From contig CDROCS010000407.1 in the NCBI GenBank assembly GCA_977020255.1, positions 310,001 through 374,000 on the forward strand: a stretch of 64,000 bases of DNA, given 5' to 3'. Source of the DNA: Obrimoposthia wandeli. Taxonomy: Eukaryota. Positions 9,956-24,329 of this stretch are shown one piece after another. The notes under the pieces are model-generated. The model was given only the letters and a program-made list of their open reading frames with translations. It was not told the DNA's origin and ran no database searches. Within the stretch, counting starts at the first letter, position 1. Each line of letters starts with the position of its first letter. A program made the translations under genes and the position numbers.

Positions 9956-12900
9956 ACTTGCGCTTCTTGTCTCACCTCTTGTTCAAGATCTTCTGGCTTC
10001 CGTTTTCTGAATCGCTTCCCTTCGTCTTTCTCTGGTTTACTTTCGCGTTATCGGAGCTTTGTAATTTCAATATCTTTCCGGTTTCAAACTCTCCTCTAGC
10101 ACAAAGCCCTACCTCATGGTTTTTGAGACGCAGTTGATATGTCTCTACGATTAGAGTGTAACGTTCCAATAAATGTCAGTAGGGGATGTGCATCCTCTAG
10201 CACAAAGCTCTACCTCCTGGTGTTTGTCCTAGAAATGGCAATGACATCATCGACAACCCATTGTTTTTGTTGTCAGGGAACAGGACTCATTGATGACTCA
10301 TCGATGACTTATGGCCTTTGCTCTAGAAAGAACCCTTTGGTCCTGGATAACAAAGACGACGAATTAAGTCCTTTGTTATTATATATTTAGTAACATACTT
10401 GCTATTTATCCAAGAAAACATTCTTTGTTCCAGGGCAGACGAAGACCATAACTCATGTTCGTTGCTATTCTATTTTTAGTAACCTATTTTCAAACTTACC
10501 TATCTTTGGACCTAATGGTAGTATTAACTTTAGGAAAGTCTATGGAACTTCAAAGGTGGTTCTTCGAAACTTGTTCTTTGAAGGTTAACTTTTGAGATAT
10601 GTACCTTCAAGAGACAAAACTTTCGAAACATGTATTTTTTTACTTTTTAAAGAAAAACATATTACACTGGATTTTAAATTGATCATATCTTCAAGGGTCT
10701 AAAAATGGTTGCAAAATTAAAAAAGTTTAAAATTAACTTGAAACCCATTTCTGTATGTTTTGTTCTTTTATGCATATAAATTTTTATTGCAGAATCATTT
10801 TGAAATTTTGTTTCAAATTTAAACGACACATTTTTATGTCTGTAATAATATTTGTTTTACTTTATCAATATCGTAATAATTTAAACAAGAAGCATTAACT
10901 ACATTTTAATTATATCATTGTATCTAGGTTATCACTTAAATTTTTAGAAAACCTCATATAAACTGTCTATAGCTATAAGTAACATATTTTAACTAATTTT
11001 ATTGAATATTCAGAAATCTGCACAAAAGACATTATATTTGCTAAAGGCTGAAAAGATTAAGAAACACTAAAGAATTTTTTGAAATCAAAACAAAAGACGG
11101 TTTCAAAGAATACGTCAACATCACTAATAAGAATAGTAAAATAGATATTATCAAATTAACATCACCAATTTCGATTCAAATCCATCTGAAAAATAAAAAG
11201 TTTAAATTTAAAATAAACATAAGCATGGGAAAAAATTTCAAAGATTTCCCTTAATTTACAAGGGAAGATATCGAAGTAAAAGTCACAAATTTCATAATAT
11301 TTTCAAAATAATTGTCAAGATCAATAAAATATAAGATATAAAATTAAATAAAATGATAAAATTAACTAGAATTAAATGTTACGTTGGTAAGGGTTTCACA
11401 AATTTCAGTACTATAAACAATTTTAAAGCGAAAGAAATATAATTAATGAAGTTACTTTGATGTCAAGCTAAGTTGAAACAATGCACAACCCCTCAAATAT
11501 TACTGAGATTGAGATAAATATCAAAAAACACATATTAGGTAAATTTTACTAAAAAATCATTTGGATTTTAAAATTGGGGTTTTATTTCTATGAATTTTAA
11601 CTTAAATAAACAAATAAATAATTTAAAAATGCATGAATTCCCTTAAAATAACATATATGGGGAGCAAATATCTTGCTAACAAAGATGTTTTTAAATTATT
11701 TGATTTTCACCTTTGGTATGGTATTATATTCGAGAACTGCACCATTATATTTCGAATATGAAACCATGGTTTGTGATAAATTTTGATTGAAACTATTAAA
11801 GTCGAATTGAAGTAATAAATATTTTAACCCGCTTGCAAGGGTAAAATATTCCAATACTGATCTCAATAATCAAGTGTACAAACACATCAATTGAGTATAT
11901 GAAAGAAATTACTGATGCTGTTGATTTTGAATTCATAGAAGAGAATGCAACTCAAGATTTAGATGTCGTTTATTTTATATAAATACACGAATGTTGCTTA
12001 TTATTGGAAACGAAGAACAATCTGAGTACAATTTTCTTAATTCTTTTCGATCGGATCTATATCAGGTTCCCTAAAATTGTAAAACATTTCATATTTAAAA
12101 CATAATTATGTGTCGATAAAATGGTATACAAAATGAAAATCATTCGGCACAAACTGAACATGATTTAAAATTTCACTGATATATTTTTTGTGTGTAACCA
12201 ATACTTAGGTAAGATTAATTTGAAACAATTGATTACCCTGTTTGCGCGCTTCTAGCCGCGGATTATTATAGCAAAAGGTATTTTTAAAAACAGGCTTATT
12301 AAAGGGGTGCGGTAGTATTATATATCATTTTCTCGGACTGCACTATATGACAATAAAACTACTTATTACAGAAAAAATTACTATGTCCATTTAAATTATT
12401 ATACATACATTATTAAAAAAAAATTCTGAATTGTTTTCCTGTCGGGAATTATCCACATACAAATTATATTTTCTCATCCTTTCTTGTGTGGTCTGTATTT
12501 CTATAGTATTGTTATGCATTTTCATCTGTGCTTTTTGTGTTAGGTCTGATAAGATTAAACAGTGAATTTTTTGTAGGCTATAAAATTATGAATACATGCT
12601 TCTACCACAGAATCCCCTTATATAGCTTCTAATTTCGGTTTAATTTCAAATTACCCCCTTAATGAAACACCATATTTCTAGTCTAAATGTGTCAGCTTAA
12701 TATGAAAATGTCAATAAAAATTCTCAAACATCGCCTTGTTTCGTAATCTATATCTGTAATAAAATTTCCTACAATCATCTCTTCAACGTCTACCTGTGAT
12801 ATAGAAATTTTACAAATTACAGTGTGAATAAGTTGTAATCATAATATGATAAATTTAATCATTTTAGACGTGATGGTGCAATAAAATTGTCTTTGTCGTA

Positions 12901-13567
12901 ACTAGGATGCAAAACTATACCTAACACCTATTATCATTTGAGAGAAAATTTCCTCGTAAGTGTTATATAGATTGTTTTTTGTTGTTACAATACCTGAAAC
13001 GAGATGATACATACAAAGTTGTTGAACAAATCGTTCTCTCTTTCACAATGTGCTGTGGTGATACATAGTTGGATTTTAGTAACGAAACATTTTTACGATA
13101 TTTAAATACAAAAACAAGCATCATTTAATCAGTCCAATTTGAAAAACGCAAATCTAACTTTGATTATCAGTTGTCTTAAATATTATTTCATAAAAATCAT
13201 TCCAACTATTGCATAGTAAAAATGAAAAAAAAGTAAATCTCGATTAAACCATTGAAGTCAAGTACATCATACAATTTTCAACAACTAAAATCTAAAGTTT
13301 ATTTATCACTGTGTAATGTAAAAATAATTGAATAATAGCTTAAAACGATGTTTAAGTTAATTTGACATTCTCTCTATGATGCTAGATATGTGTAATTATG
13401 AGATGAGCATACACTTCAGTTTCATATGGTTGTGCTTACGTTTAAAATGAAATAAATTATACAAGTAATAATTCAACGTAAACTTCAACTCGTTGAAACC
13501 ATTCGATTTTAATTTATCGTACAGCAATTTTTACAGGCAATATAGTTGAGGAGACTCACAATTGAAG

Positions 13568-13699
13568 CTATTTTTTGCCACTGATGTTCTGTAACAACTG
13601 AGCAGTATCAGATTCTAAGAATTTTGAAACCCCAAACATGTCTTGGAGCCTCTTTCGTTCCATAGGCAGTTCAATGGTCTCGTAAGTCCGGAGTTGTTG
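13568..13699 (-). CDS. DUSP exon 4 (terminal)
   Basis: ttttag|QQLRTYETIELPMERKRLQDMFG...ISGKK-TAG. Confidence 0.82.
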   Translation of the reverse strand, partial: QQLRTYETIELPMERKRLQDMFGVSKFLESDTAQLLQNISGKK

Positions 13700-16600
13700 C
13701 TAAAATGTGGTGAACAGCAATTAAGCGAGCATAACGCAGTAAACAATAGAAACAAAACAAAACAATAGAAACAAAACTCAAACACAAGTATTTTAAAACA
13801 TATAAATTGAAGTCAAACAGATAAAAATTATATATATACAGTATTTCTCATAAAAACACATAATTTATTTTAAAGAATTAAAATTACTTCTAACTTTATT
13901 AATTTCTTAAAATACTTTAGTAAATATGTATAGATAAAATCTATATTTAATAATATATGTAATTAATAATAAAAATAAAACTTATGTAAATACACAGGAT
14001 TATAATTGCGTATATTTCAAAATTTATGGATTAATTCTTAGGCAATAAAACTCTTCAGAGACGTCTTCTAATGTGACTTAGCTTCAGGAATGCCACACAT
14101 CACACCAATATTGGGTATAACCCGAAAACTATTAAATTTCACGCATATTTGGTACTGGGGTTAGTCAAAGTGTTTTAGGAAAAATATCATAAAATAATGA
14201 ATATTTATTTCAATATAATAAAACTTCTAGCTATAACAAATAATTACCAGATGCATATATTATGTATTTAAAACCTCAAAACGTTTGTTCGATTCTTTTA
14301 AAAAATTGGTCGGTTTGAATTGCTTTAAGGGGTGTCATGAACTACGTCTTTTGCGACTTATTAACTATCAACATTTTTGTGACGACGCTTAGAATATAAG
14401 AAATTAAATAACTACACCTCACAGAAAATATTTATACATTGCAAAAAACATTAGTTTCTTTTAAGGCATCGGCGTCATTGTTGACCAACCAATTGAGACT
14501 ACGGTGAACCATTTCTTCATGACGATTTTTCAAAAATACAATATATCGACAACTTTTCATTGAATTTTCATTTGGTAACTATTTAAATGTGTATTTTAAA
14601 AAATTATTATATGTGGTAAATGAATAAATGTTACAAAAATTAAATTGAACTTTAAAATAATTCAAAAGCTTAAATATATTAAATAGTTTGAGTATTATTT
14701 ATATGAAAAAATAGTACAACTTATTTAATATTATAAACCATATACACAATTGAAGAAAAAAATTCTTTAAAATCGAGTTTCGTTTGAAATGTTTACTATT
14801 TCAGAACATTTAAATAAAATTATTTTGACATTTTAGCTCAAAATTTATCAGTTGTTACAGGTATTAGCAGTTATGAATGATAAACAAACGATATCTTATA
14901 AATATTTTCATTTATTAGAAATACATTATTTTAATATTTAGGTGCTTTGTTGGGATTATTCTCTTATAATGTATGTTTTATAATATTCGCCACTATTTTT
15001 CGCCACTATAATATCTAATTTTTAAATAAATCAGTTTCAAAACTCAACTCACCATAAAGCCTGGGTTTGGACTAGCACAAAACCGAGCAGCCCTTATAGA
15101 CTCCATCACTTCGTCCAACGACAGTTTGGTGGCAGCCAACAGATAAGCACAAGTTAGTGCCACACTGCGCGAGACTCCCATTTGACTGGAGGGAGGGGAG
15201 TTATTAACAGGTGATATTGCATCTATAAATCGCACAATAACTGGAATTTGAATCTATTTTCCTTACTAGGCATGGTTTCTTCAGAATTTACAGATAAATT
15301 TTCTCTGAAGTAATAGTATCATTTTTACTGTCAGATGATACTGTCAAAATAAAAGCTAGTAACTTACAGTTCAACGTTATTTGAGGTCCCCAGAACATTA
15401 AATTCTTGTAAAATAGTATCATGTTCCTTATCACAGTTAGAATGAGCTATACAATATATATAAGCTATACATGAAATCACATACATTACCATGTTTCTGG
15501 GTGTATGTGTGTTTCTATATTTATATCACTGTTGATTTGAGTTATCACGGTTCATTTTGAAGTTAGAGTTCGGAATCCTATAGTAAGTCTTCTTTATTTT
15601 ACCTAAAATTGCATATTTTTATCATAGGTGTTTCACAACTCTGACGATTGTCACCGTTGAGTTGAGCTAGGTGTAGACACATACACACACTAACATGCAT
15701 GCGTAGAAAATTTGCTTGTGTGTAATTTTAATGTAGAGGGTAAAGAACCAAAATTAATACAACAAAGAAAATGATGAAAACACAATTATTTAGGTGTTAT
15801 ATGATGTTTCAGACGAATCTATAGGCACAAAATGGTAATTTAAGAAATATATTTCAAAATTTGATAGACAAATAGAACAAAGAAATGAATCAAAAGGTAA
15901 GGTAGAAACAAAAAAATTTAAATCAATTTGGAAAGTGTAAGTTATAGGGTACCATAGCATTTTTAAATTCAATTTCTTTCAAATATTGAAGATAGTTGAT
16001 CAAATTAATTTGTTTAATAAATAGCTTTCAGATAATTTTTCTCTATATATATATTTATATTGGTCTGTATAAAATACCGTTTCCGGATGTTACAAAAGCA
16101 ACATTCTAAAATTGTGAATGATTTTATTGAGTGATATACAATAGAAAATCTTTACCACTATTTTTTTAAAACATTTTTAATCATTTACGAACTTAAATAT
16201 TTTAATTTTTATTCATCTTGAGAATTTTTTAAACCTAATTTAGTGTAATATTATTAATTTAACTTTTTTAACTCCAATGAACAATCACTAAAACTTGTCT
16301 TCTAGGGCCAAATGGTTGGAAACAAACTGTTACCTCGGAAAATTCACAGCACTCACTCGAAGTAATAGATTTAAAGCTGTTGTGATATGTAGAAAGCCAT
16401 ACAGTCAAATTGTATAAATGGCTATAGACTTAACAAACGACATATCACTAAATATCAATCTACAATACAATGAATTACCAATGGATGAGAACACGACCTC
16501 CTTCCAGTCGAGCTTGGTGGATGAACTTGTTTGACTCAGAAAAATGACGTCTGATATTAGCCGATTCAATATCATCGATCTCTATCCGTAGATACTTTCT

Positions 16601-19600
16601 TTCCTTGTGATGATTCTGAAGCAATACAATTTTTAATCTAGTCCATATAAGAAAATACTTGTAAAATTTCATTTATCAAAGCTTTCCTTTGTTTTCAAAT
16701 TTATCTTTCAAACATTTGTGGACCTTATTTTGTAATAAAAGAGTTTTAAGCCATTGCAGACTATAAAAATTAATTTGCCAAAATCAATTTCCCAGTTGAT
16801 TTTTTGGCTGGCAGCAGCATAGAATAGAATTGGTTGAACTTTTGGAAATTCTGTATATAAGGCTAAGGGAAACAACAAGTGCCCTGTTGATGTAATTTTT
16901 TGTTCTAGAGTTTTGATTTGTTTTGTTCGTGACTCAAGTAGAAAGAAGTTGCAAGTTTCAACAAGGCGTTGCGGACGGTACCGCTTATAATAGAAAGTGA
17001 GGAAGAGCTATTCAAGTAAATGCTCTATTAGATGACGCAAGCACCACAAGTTATTTAAGTCTTGATATTGGGCGCGAATTGAAGTTGAATGAGTGATCTA
17101 CTTGGGTTCCAGTTGGAGTGATCAGTGGACGGACAGAGAGAATGCAGGCTATGCCTGTCGATATAACGATGTTGAGCATAGATAGAAAGTTAAAGACAAG
17201 ATTCCACGCCTTTGCTGTAAAGGAAGTGACTGGGTATCTTCAAGGGATTAATTCAATTAGATTTCCGTTGCTTAAAGGAAAGAACACAGTAAATGTGCTC
17301 ATTGGTGCAGACCATATTCAACTACACAAGGTGGTAAGGGAAATAGAAGGACAAAGTTGTGAACCAAATGCGAGGTTAACGCCCCTTGGTTGGACCTGTG
17401 TTTGGAATGTAGAAAGTAGTGCTTTGGTCAGACATCAAACTAAGTTTAGAAAGACATTTCACACCGACACTCATTTGGAAGAGCAAGTGAGAGAGTTTTG
17501 GGAAATAAAATAAATAATTTCCACATTTGAGCAGTAGTCGATTAATGACAAGAAAGTCATGGATAAGACACTCGAGTCAATTAAGTTGGAAAATGGAAGA
17601 TATATAGTAGGAATACCATGGAAGCAGGATCGGAACAATATCTTAACTAATAAAGTTATAACTAGAACTCGGTTATACAGAATTGGACTTAGTCTTAATA
17701 GAGATTTACAGTTGAAAAAGGAATACATCTCAACAATAGAAGAACATATCAAAAAAGGTTTGTACGAAAAATCGATGAGAAAATTAAAAGAAAAATACAA
17801 AGTGGCTGATTCTACATTTTTCAGTAATAAGAGAGAAAGAAACTACGACAGTTCGGATAGTATTTGAAGTGGCCGCAAAGTGCCAAGGAGTTTGTTTAAA
17901 TGACAATATAGAAGCTGAACCAAAACTTCAGCGAGATTTATTTGATATATTGTTGCGTTTCAGTAAGTTTGAAATTGCACTTGTGTGTGACATATCAGAA
18001 ATGTATTTACAGGTGTCATTGAAACCAGGAGATCAATTGTGGCACCGAGTTTTTATGGCGTTACGATATGAGAGGTTTTTTTGCCTGATGCTGCCTTTGC
18101 TATTGTGCTATCCATGCCTCGCTTGAGTTGACTTGGTGAAGTCAAAGAGAGGGGTATGGAGAAACGTGAATTTTGTAATAAACTAGTTTTAAACCATTGC
18201 GGGCTATACAAATTATTTTGTCAAAATCAATTTTCTAGTTGATTTATTTGGCTGGCAGCAGCTTGCTGCAAATAGAAATGGACGAAATTTTAGAGCTTAA
18301 TTCTGTATATAAGGCTGAGGAAGACAACAAGTGCAATGTTGATGTAATTTTTTGTTCTAGAGTTTTGATTTTTTTAAAAAGCGCTTTTAGTGCTGTTTGA
18401 TTATAGTTAATAAAAAGTTCGAGGCCTTATTTATATTGATGAAACAAAAATTTCATAAAACAACACATGGTTATAACTATAATTGATTTATTATTCTTCG
18501 GATTAAATTGAAGTTGTAATATTTACAGTCCCAAAATTTAAAACCAAGTGCACCTTGTTTATCTTTAAAAGAATCAATACAATAGAGATCGAGGCTGATA
18601 AGGGAATAAATCTCTTCAAAAAAAGTAAACTTGAGCCGTAATAAATTTATTTAAAATATAAACGAGCAATTTAAAAGCGGCTGTGGTGTAAAATAATAAT
18701 TGTATTAATCGGAATTGAACAATAATAATAGTGACATGGCAAAGTAATCCTAATTAATTAAATAATCAATCAAAGCAAAATTGATATCCAAAAAGTGTCA
18801 AAACAGGTATCGAATTAACTAGAAAACAAGCTAGATGGAGCTAGTGGAGTTACGTTTTTGGAGTGTTCTGGGAGCATCAACCGATTTGCGGATATATTAA
18901 TTGTAATCTATAATGAAGCAGCATTGATTTTATATTTCAACTTATCTCATGAATTATACAGGCTTAACTTTTTTTAGAAATTGCAATGATTGTTGGTAAA
19001 TCCATTAAATATGATTGAGAAAACTCAATGACTGTTTATTGAAAATAATAACGAATAATGATCCACCTTCCAGAACTATTCGAGGTCGAAGAAAACGATT
19101 TTTGGAGACTCAGTTTAACCAAAACAAAATTCTCATTATAATCGTGTGAATAAAATTCCAGCTCAAGTGAAGGACAATATTGTTCCAGCCTTTGAATATA
19201 GTAATTGTATATCCTAAAAACAAGGCTCTCCTCTGCTCAATGTTTCTTTAGCTTTGTCATTACTATTATTAAATGTCACGGATTAAAGGCACATAAATAC
19301 AGAATGCTGCAGCAAATGTAGGAAGATGACGACTTGAATTTTCTCACTGGTTACCAATAGTGGTAGAATTTGAATGAAAAGAAGAATCTCTACATCTTAA
19401 TGGCAATATAACCTGTTATGACTGTTACTACTATGCAATAGAGAATGAAAACTGATTCAAAGAGAAACCTTTAAAACCAATGTCATAACAATTTAGGCAA
19501 TGATACCCTATGATGGTGATTTGCCCTTCCGGATGGAGACAATTTGAAATGATGCTATTTCTACTCTGTCTACAATGCGATATATGCATCACATTTATTA

Positions 19601-21578
19601 ACAAAAGGAGCTCCAATGCGTTAGAGATTGGCTGTTCGAGAAATGCTGAATACTGATCTAAAAGATTGCTGGATTGGAAAGGCAGGTCCTATAGAATAGC
19701 CTCATCCTGACCCGGAACTCACAATCAATGTTTACTGTATGTGGGACTTCTTAGGAGATACCGTTTACAAGTTACCACGTACTGAAATATTGCTAAGAAG
19801 TAGCTTAAAGACGTAAAGAATACATTCGCAATATCGACATTTATCATAGTGAAACGAGATTTACATGTGCCTTCTATATGTACCTTAAGAATTTTTAGCT
19901 AGCTACAAACCTTTCACACATACAATATACACAACACTTTGATTGTTGAAGAGTTGATTATTATAGGCAGAAACAAATCAAGAACAGTAAAAGTTTATTA
20001 ATAAAATCAATTAAATAGGGGGCAATGAGATGACGATGATGGGTGGGTAGTGAAAGTGGTGAAGGAAGAAGGACCTAAAAGTTTATATTGTTTTACTGAG
20101 GTGGTCGGAAACCACAGAAAGAAGTTAAGGTTGTAATTGTTTTTTTATGTTTTTGATTATGTTCAATAAAGAACATTAAGAAGTTTTATTTTTGCTCTAC
20201 CCTTCGTACCTAAACATTGATAAATATACACAAAAATCAGCGGACTTTACCTAAACACCCTGAACAAGTCTATTTTATTTATCAATTAAATGTTGAATGA
20301 TCAATACTGTTGTGCATACTTAAATCTAAAACTTGAAGCTAAAGTCCAAAAAGTGAATAAAGTGTGTACAATGAAATATATTTTGTAGTGAATATTTTGC
20401 ATTCAAATAAACATTGATTAGTGAAATTGTGACTACAACAGCGTCGTTTTGAAAGCATTGATTCACTTACCCCTAGAAACTTTGCATGCTTAAACATCTA
20501 CGAACTTCTCCAGGCATCGTGTGGTAGCTGAATAAACCCTTATTCTAGATTTTTTTGAACTTATTATTTCTCATTTGCCTTTAATTTTATATTTTTTCGA
20601 AAATTCAGTGCTCAGATTAGTATGGTATGTTAATTTTTAAAATAAACAGGCTAGTTTCTTGACTAATAAACATTTGTTTATGATTTTCATTAAAATGTAT
20701 TCTTTCTCATTTAAATATAAAGTTATACTTTGCATACTCTATACTTGCAATTTCTTCAAATGACATTTTGGGACATTGTAAAAAAAATTGAAATATAACT
20801 TAGACAAAACTATGGCCGGTGTAATTAATATTATCGGTTTTGATGGATATTTATATATATAGACTGTTGTTAAATTTGAATCTAAAACGCAACCTATGTG
20901 TTTTATTATGCTTTTAAATTCAGTAACATGATCTTTGACTTCAATACCTAATTTTAAAAAACTTTGAAAATGAATTTTGAAGACATGTCAACAACATCCA
21001 TAACTTCCTATGTGCACAGTTTTCTTTAAAACTCAGCTTTGAGTCTGCGAAAACAGGAAACATTAAATTCCGACTGGAAACTATACAGACTATAATGAAA
21101 GTAAAATGTTGACACCAGGAGTAAAATGGTCTATGTATATAACTAACAGTTCTAAATCAACGAAATATAGTGAAAAGAACAGTCTTGCAGTATCTAGAAG
21201 TAGATGCATATTGACATTGATTTCAAAAATAATTGTTAAAAAACGTTAACAGTTCAATAATCGTGCTTTTCATGATATACACCGAGGACTTCCACAACAA
21301 TCTACATTCAGATAAATCAAAATACATTAGAATGATTTTAAAAAATTCTGGATTGGAAAGAGAACACTACAGCGTTAAAAATGAATTATTTCCTAATTAA
21401 TTCGTTGAAAATATTTAAATAAAAATGAATCGATATAAATTACTTTAAATGGGTTGCTCGACATTTCGTGGGCTGAAACAATATGTGTAATTTCTTCGTT
21501 TTCGAGGTGAACCTCATTGGAAGCGTTAGACCAACCTCCAACATATATACCATCAATAATCTTTGACATTTTCATCAT
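13568..21578 (-). CDS. DUSP22: Atypical dual-specificity phosphatase, DUSP22/DUSP15 type; 4 exons, 178 aa
   Basis: Exons 21444-21578, 16479-16615, 15053-15185, 13568-13699, all GT-AG and phase-consistent; catalytic Cys codon split (TG|T) giving HCQMGVSRS; ASPNPGF motif; N-terminus KIIDGIYVG...ITHIVSAH. DUSP22 vs DUSP15 cannot be resolved. Confidence 0.9.
15053..15185 (-). CDS. DUSP exon 3 (active-site loop)
   Basis: tccag|T QMGVSRS...SPNPGFM|gtgagt. Confidence 0.92.
16479..16615 (-). CDS. DUSP exon 2
   Basis: ttcag|NHHKERKYLRIEIDD...GRVLIH TG|gtaatt. Confidence 0.9.
16717..18370 (+). mobile_element. Internally deleted BEL/Pao element with two LTRs, antisense in DUSP intron 1
   Basis: Diverged direct repeats ~16717-16963 (ends TTTCAACA) and ~18155-18370 (3'-truncated); purine tract AGAGAGGGG before the second; internal LLDDASTTSYL, NARLTPLGW, GRYIVGIPWK, PKLQRDLFDILLRF...CDISEMYLQV. 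Confidence 0.88.
19280..19790 (+). mobile_element. Degenerate Tc1/mariner transposase remnant
   Basis: GAPMR*RLAVREMLNTDLKDCWIGKAGPIE*PHPDPEL...MWDFLGDTVYK matches the recalled GAPxH...WIGRGGPxxWPxRSPDL...LWGxLKxxVY pattern. Confidence 0.7.
19944..20216 (+). mobile_element. Solo LTR (273 bp) with 5-bp TSD
   Basis: TGTT...AACA termini; TTGAT at 19939-19943 and 20217-20221; AATAAA near the 3' end. Confidence 0.82.
21444..21578 (-). CDS. DUSP exon 1
   Basis: MMKMSKIIDGIYVGG...SNPFK|gtaatt. Confidence 0.88.
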
Positions 21579-23489
21579 ACAAAAATTTTAAAGTCAATCA
21601 ACACTGTGTAGTATTGATTGTTGTTTGTTTCGTTCACAAGGTTAAATATGTTCAAACTAAACTATTTAAAGAAATTTGTTAATTCTTCTTATATTCATTA
21701 TACAATAAAATATCTGAATTTTAATGTAAAACCATCAGTTATTTTTTATTTTAATGTATTTATCTTATAAAATAGAATAGGTTTTACATCTTTATTGACA
21801 AAATTGAACTTTGAAATTCTATTTAGTATTGCATTTTTAATTGAATAAAGTTTGCAGGAAAAAATATTTTGAAATTGATAATAAATCATTATTTAACATG
21901 GAGACCTACATAATGACAGAAGCTAGATCTGGCCAAAAATACAGTTATCAATAGAGTCAATGATTTTCTAAGGCAAAATTTTTAAAGTTCTGCTGGAAAA
22001 ATTTCCAAATCCGCGAGTTTTCAATAAAGTAATCAGAAAAATAAATAATTAGATACTATTATTGTAAAATAAAAAAACATATGAGCACCTGAGATAACTT
22101 ATCAGATGTGAGGCATTAGAGCATTGCTTAAGCCAAAAAGCGTTTGTATAAATTTCAACCTCCGTATAAAGTATTTTCTATTTAAACGTTAAACCTTAGA
22201 ATACTGTGTTTATATCATTTTCATTTTAAACGAATAATCTTTTTCATTGCATAATAAAGACATACAACACGATTAAACTAATCTCACTGATTTTCATATG
22301 ATACATTAAACAAATTATTGTCATTCATTTATATTATTTAATGTGATATGCACAAATTAATGGGGTCAGCTTACTGACCCTTTATTACAGAACAATAATA
22401 CAGAGTGAAGCCGGAGCTGAAGCCATATAAAACACCTCAGCGTCAATGCCATGTTCAAGAGTAGTGATAAATACCAATATATGGGTATATGGCATTTACG
22501 TTTAGTTATATTTAAAGTCATGAGCATTTAGCAATTAAAATATCAAAATTATTATACTTTACAAGATTTTAAAGGCGACAAGAATAGTGAAAGAAAAATA
22601 TTAACATCAAATGCAATCTTTGTGTTAGTCAAAAAATTTATTTTATTTTAATTTAAAGAAGCACCAATTTAAAAAGTCCATAAACACATTAAACTCGTTC
22701 TAGTACACCTTCTTAGTACAAGCAAATCAATTGATGATGGCTTTCAACCTGCGAAGAAATAAGCGAAACAAGACTTTTCAAGAGAACAAATTGTAACATC
22801 AGACCTGTACATCTCCTCTGACCCACATCATCGAAAACTATTGACAACTGCATACTGTAGAATCTACGTATTTTGTGTCATTGTTAAAATGTGTTGATGG
22901 TGCCCAAATTTCAAATCGCCACACGAAAAACAATTAAAAATCACTTTAATGCTTTTTTGCTACTATGAAATCGACAATAGTTCAAGTTTTACAAGATATT
23001 AAACATATGTGAACTACTGTAAATATTTGATCTGTAAAAATAAAGAGTTACATCGCAATGATCGGGCATTGAATAAACGATTGTACTTGGATGTTTCAAT
23101 TACAGGTAATTGTATACGATTTAATTGCCTAAAAACTGAAACTAGATTACTTGGATTACAATATGCAAAACAAAAAACTCGTCAAATATCACATATCATA
23201 AAAGCAACTTTGAAACCATGGGCGACTTGTCTTGATATACTTCAAAGATAATTTTGTTTTATGTTTTTATATGTTGATAAACTAACTTGTTTAATATGAA
23301 TAAATCTTTGTCAAGAATGATTTTGTGTATTTTGATAATATTTTCAGTGAATAATATAAAATTTGAATCTATGGGAATAAGGCAAATAATTGTTAATTTT
23401 CGAGGACATATTTAGCAATCATAAGATTGAGGCATTTACAGATAGAAGCTCAACGCTACAATAAGATAAAACAAATTACCTTTTGACAA

Positions 23490-23581
23490 ATCAGGATAGG
23501 CCTTTCACACAAGTCATATTACTCTTAAGAACTCACGCACCAAAGGCTTCTCTAAGAAGTGAAATAACTTTGGTCCCAACA
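23490..23581 (+). repeat. 3' end of a Gypsy-family LTR (candidate 5' LTR of the 24-32 kb element)
   Basis: Shares the AAGAACTCACGCACC..AGGCTT..TAAGAAGT block with 4528-4567 and 32343-32382; ends TTTGGTCCCAACA. Confidence 0.6.
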
Positions 23582-24329
23582 TAAGGAACAGTTTGATATG
23601 AATTTTGATAATCAAAAAAGCGTTAGGAAATTCATGAACAAATATTTTGTGAAAATAATATTATGCATATAACAATTCTAACAAATCCCCAGGTAGGATG
23701 ACTTTTTTGACATTGATAAATTGTGAATTTACTTCAGGGAATAAGAGAAAGTTGTTGATAAGCATATTGAATTACTTAATTTGATTGAATTTTTTATTTT
23801 TCTTTAACGTAATTAAGTATTTTAATATTATATTATTGATTTTAATATATATTATATTTGTGAATTTATTGTACAACGTATTTTTGACTACATACTTAAG
23901 TAAATTGACGAAGTAAAATAAGAAATTTTGTAAAATAAAAGCTGATTTTAATTTTGAAATTTTAATTTTTTGAATATGAAAGTAATAAAGGTTCGAACTT
24001 TGATATTAAGTGACAATAAGAAATACTAAGTAACCCACAAATATTGACAAAAGATTAAGTTACATAGAAGATTTTTTATCTTATCTTATCAGATAATACG
24101 ACATCAACATACCTTATTTTTTGATAAAATGTCATTTTTAAAAATTGCGTAAAAAGTGATTAAGTGATTTAAAAGTAACAGCTATACATAACCTATCAAT
24201 CAGTGAAGACTCTGATACAAATGCAGGCTCAATTTTATCTGCATCACACTTTTTAGATAACCTTAGTCTCACGGAAGCACCAAAGATATGAGGGAACACA
24301 GAGGAGAACACAAATTTTAAACAAAATTG

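Noticed and set aside
11000-12100. Coding-looking Lys/Ile-rich fragments, possibly viral or Polinton-derived
   Set aside because: No recognisable motif; frames are short and explained by AT richness.
22363-22380. Perfect 7-bp hairpin as a Helitron end or terminator
   Set aside because: No CTRR 3' end; expected by chance.
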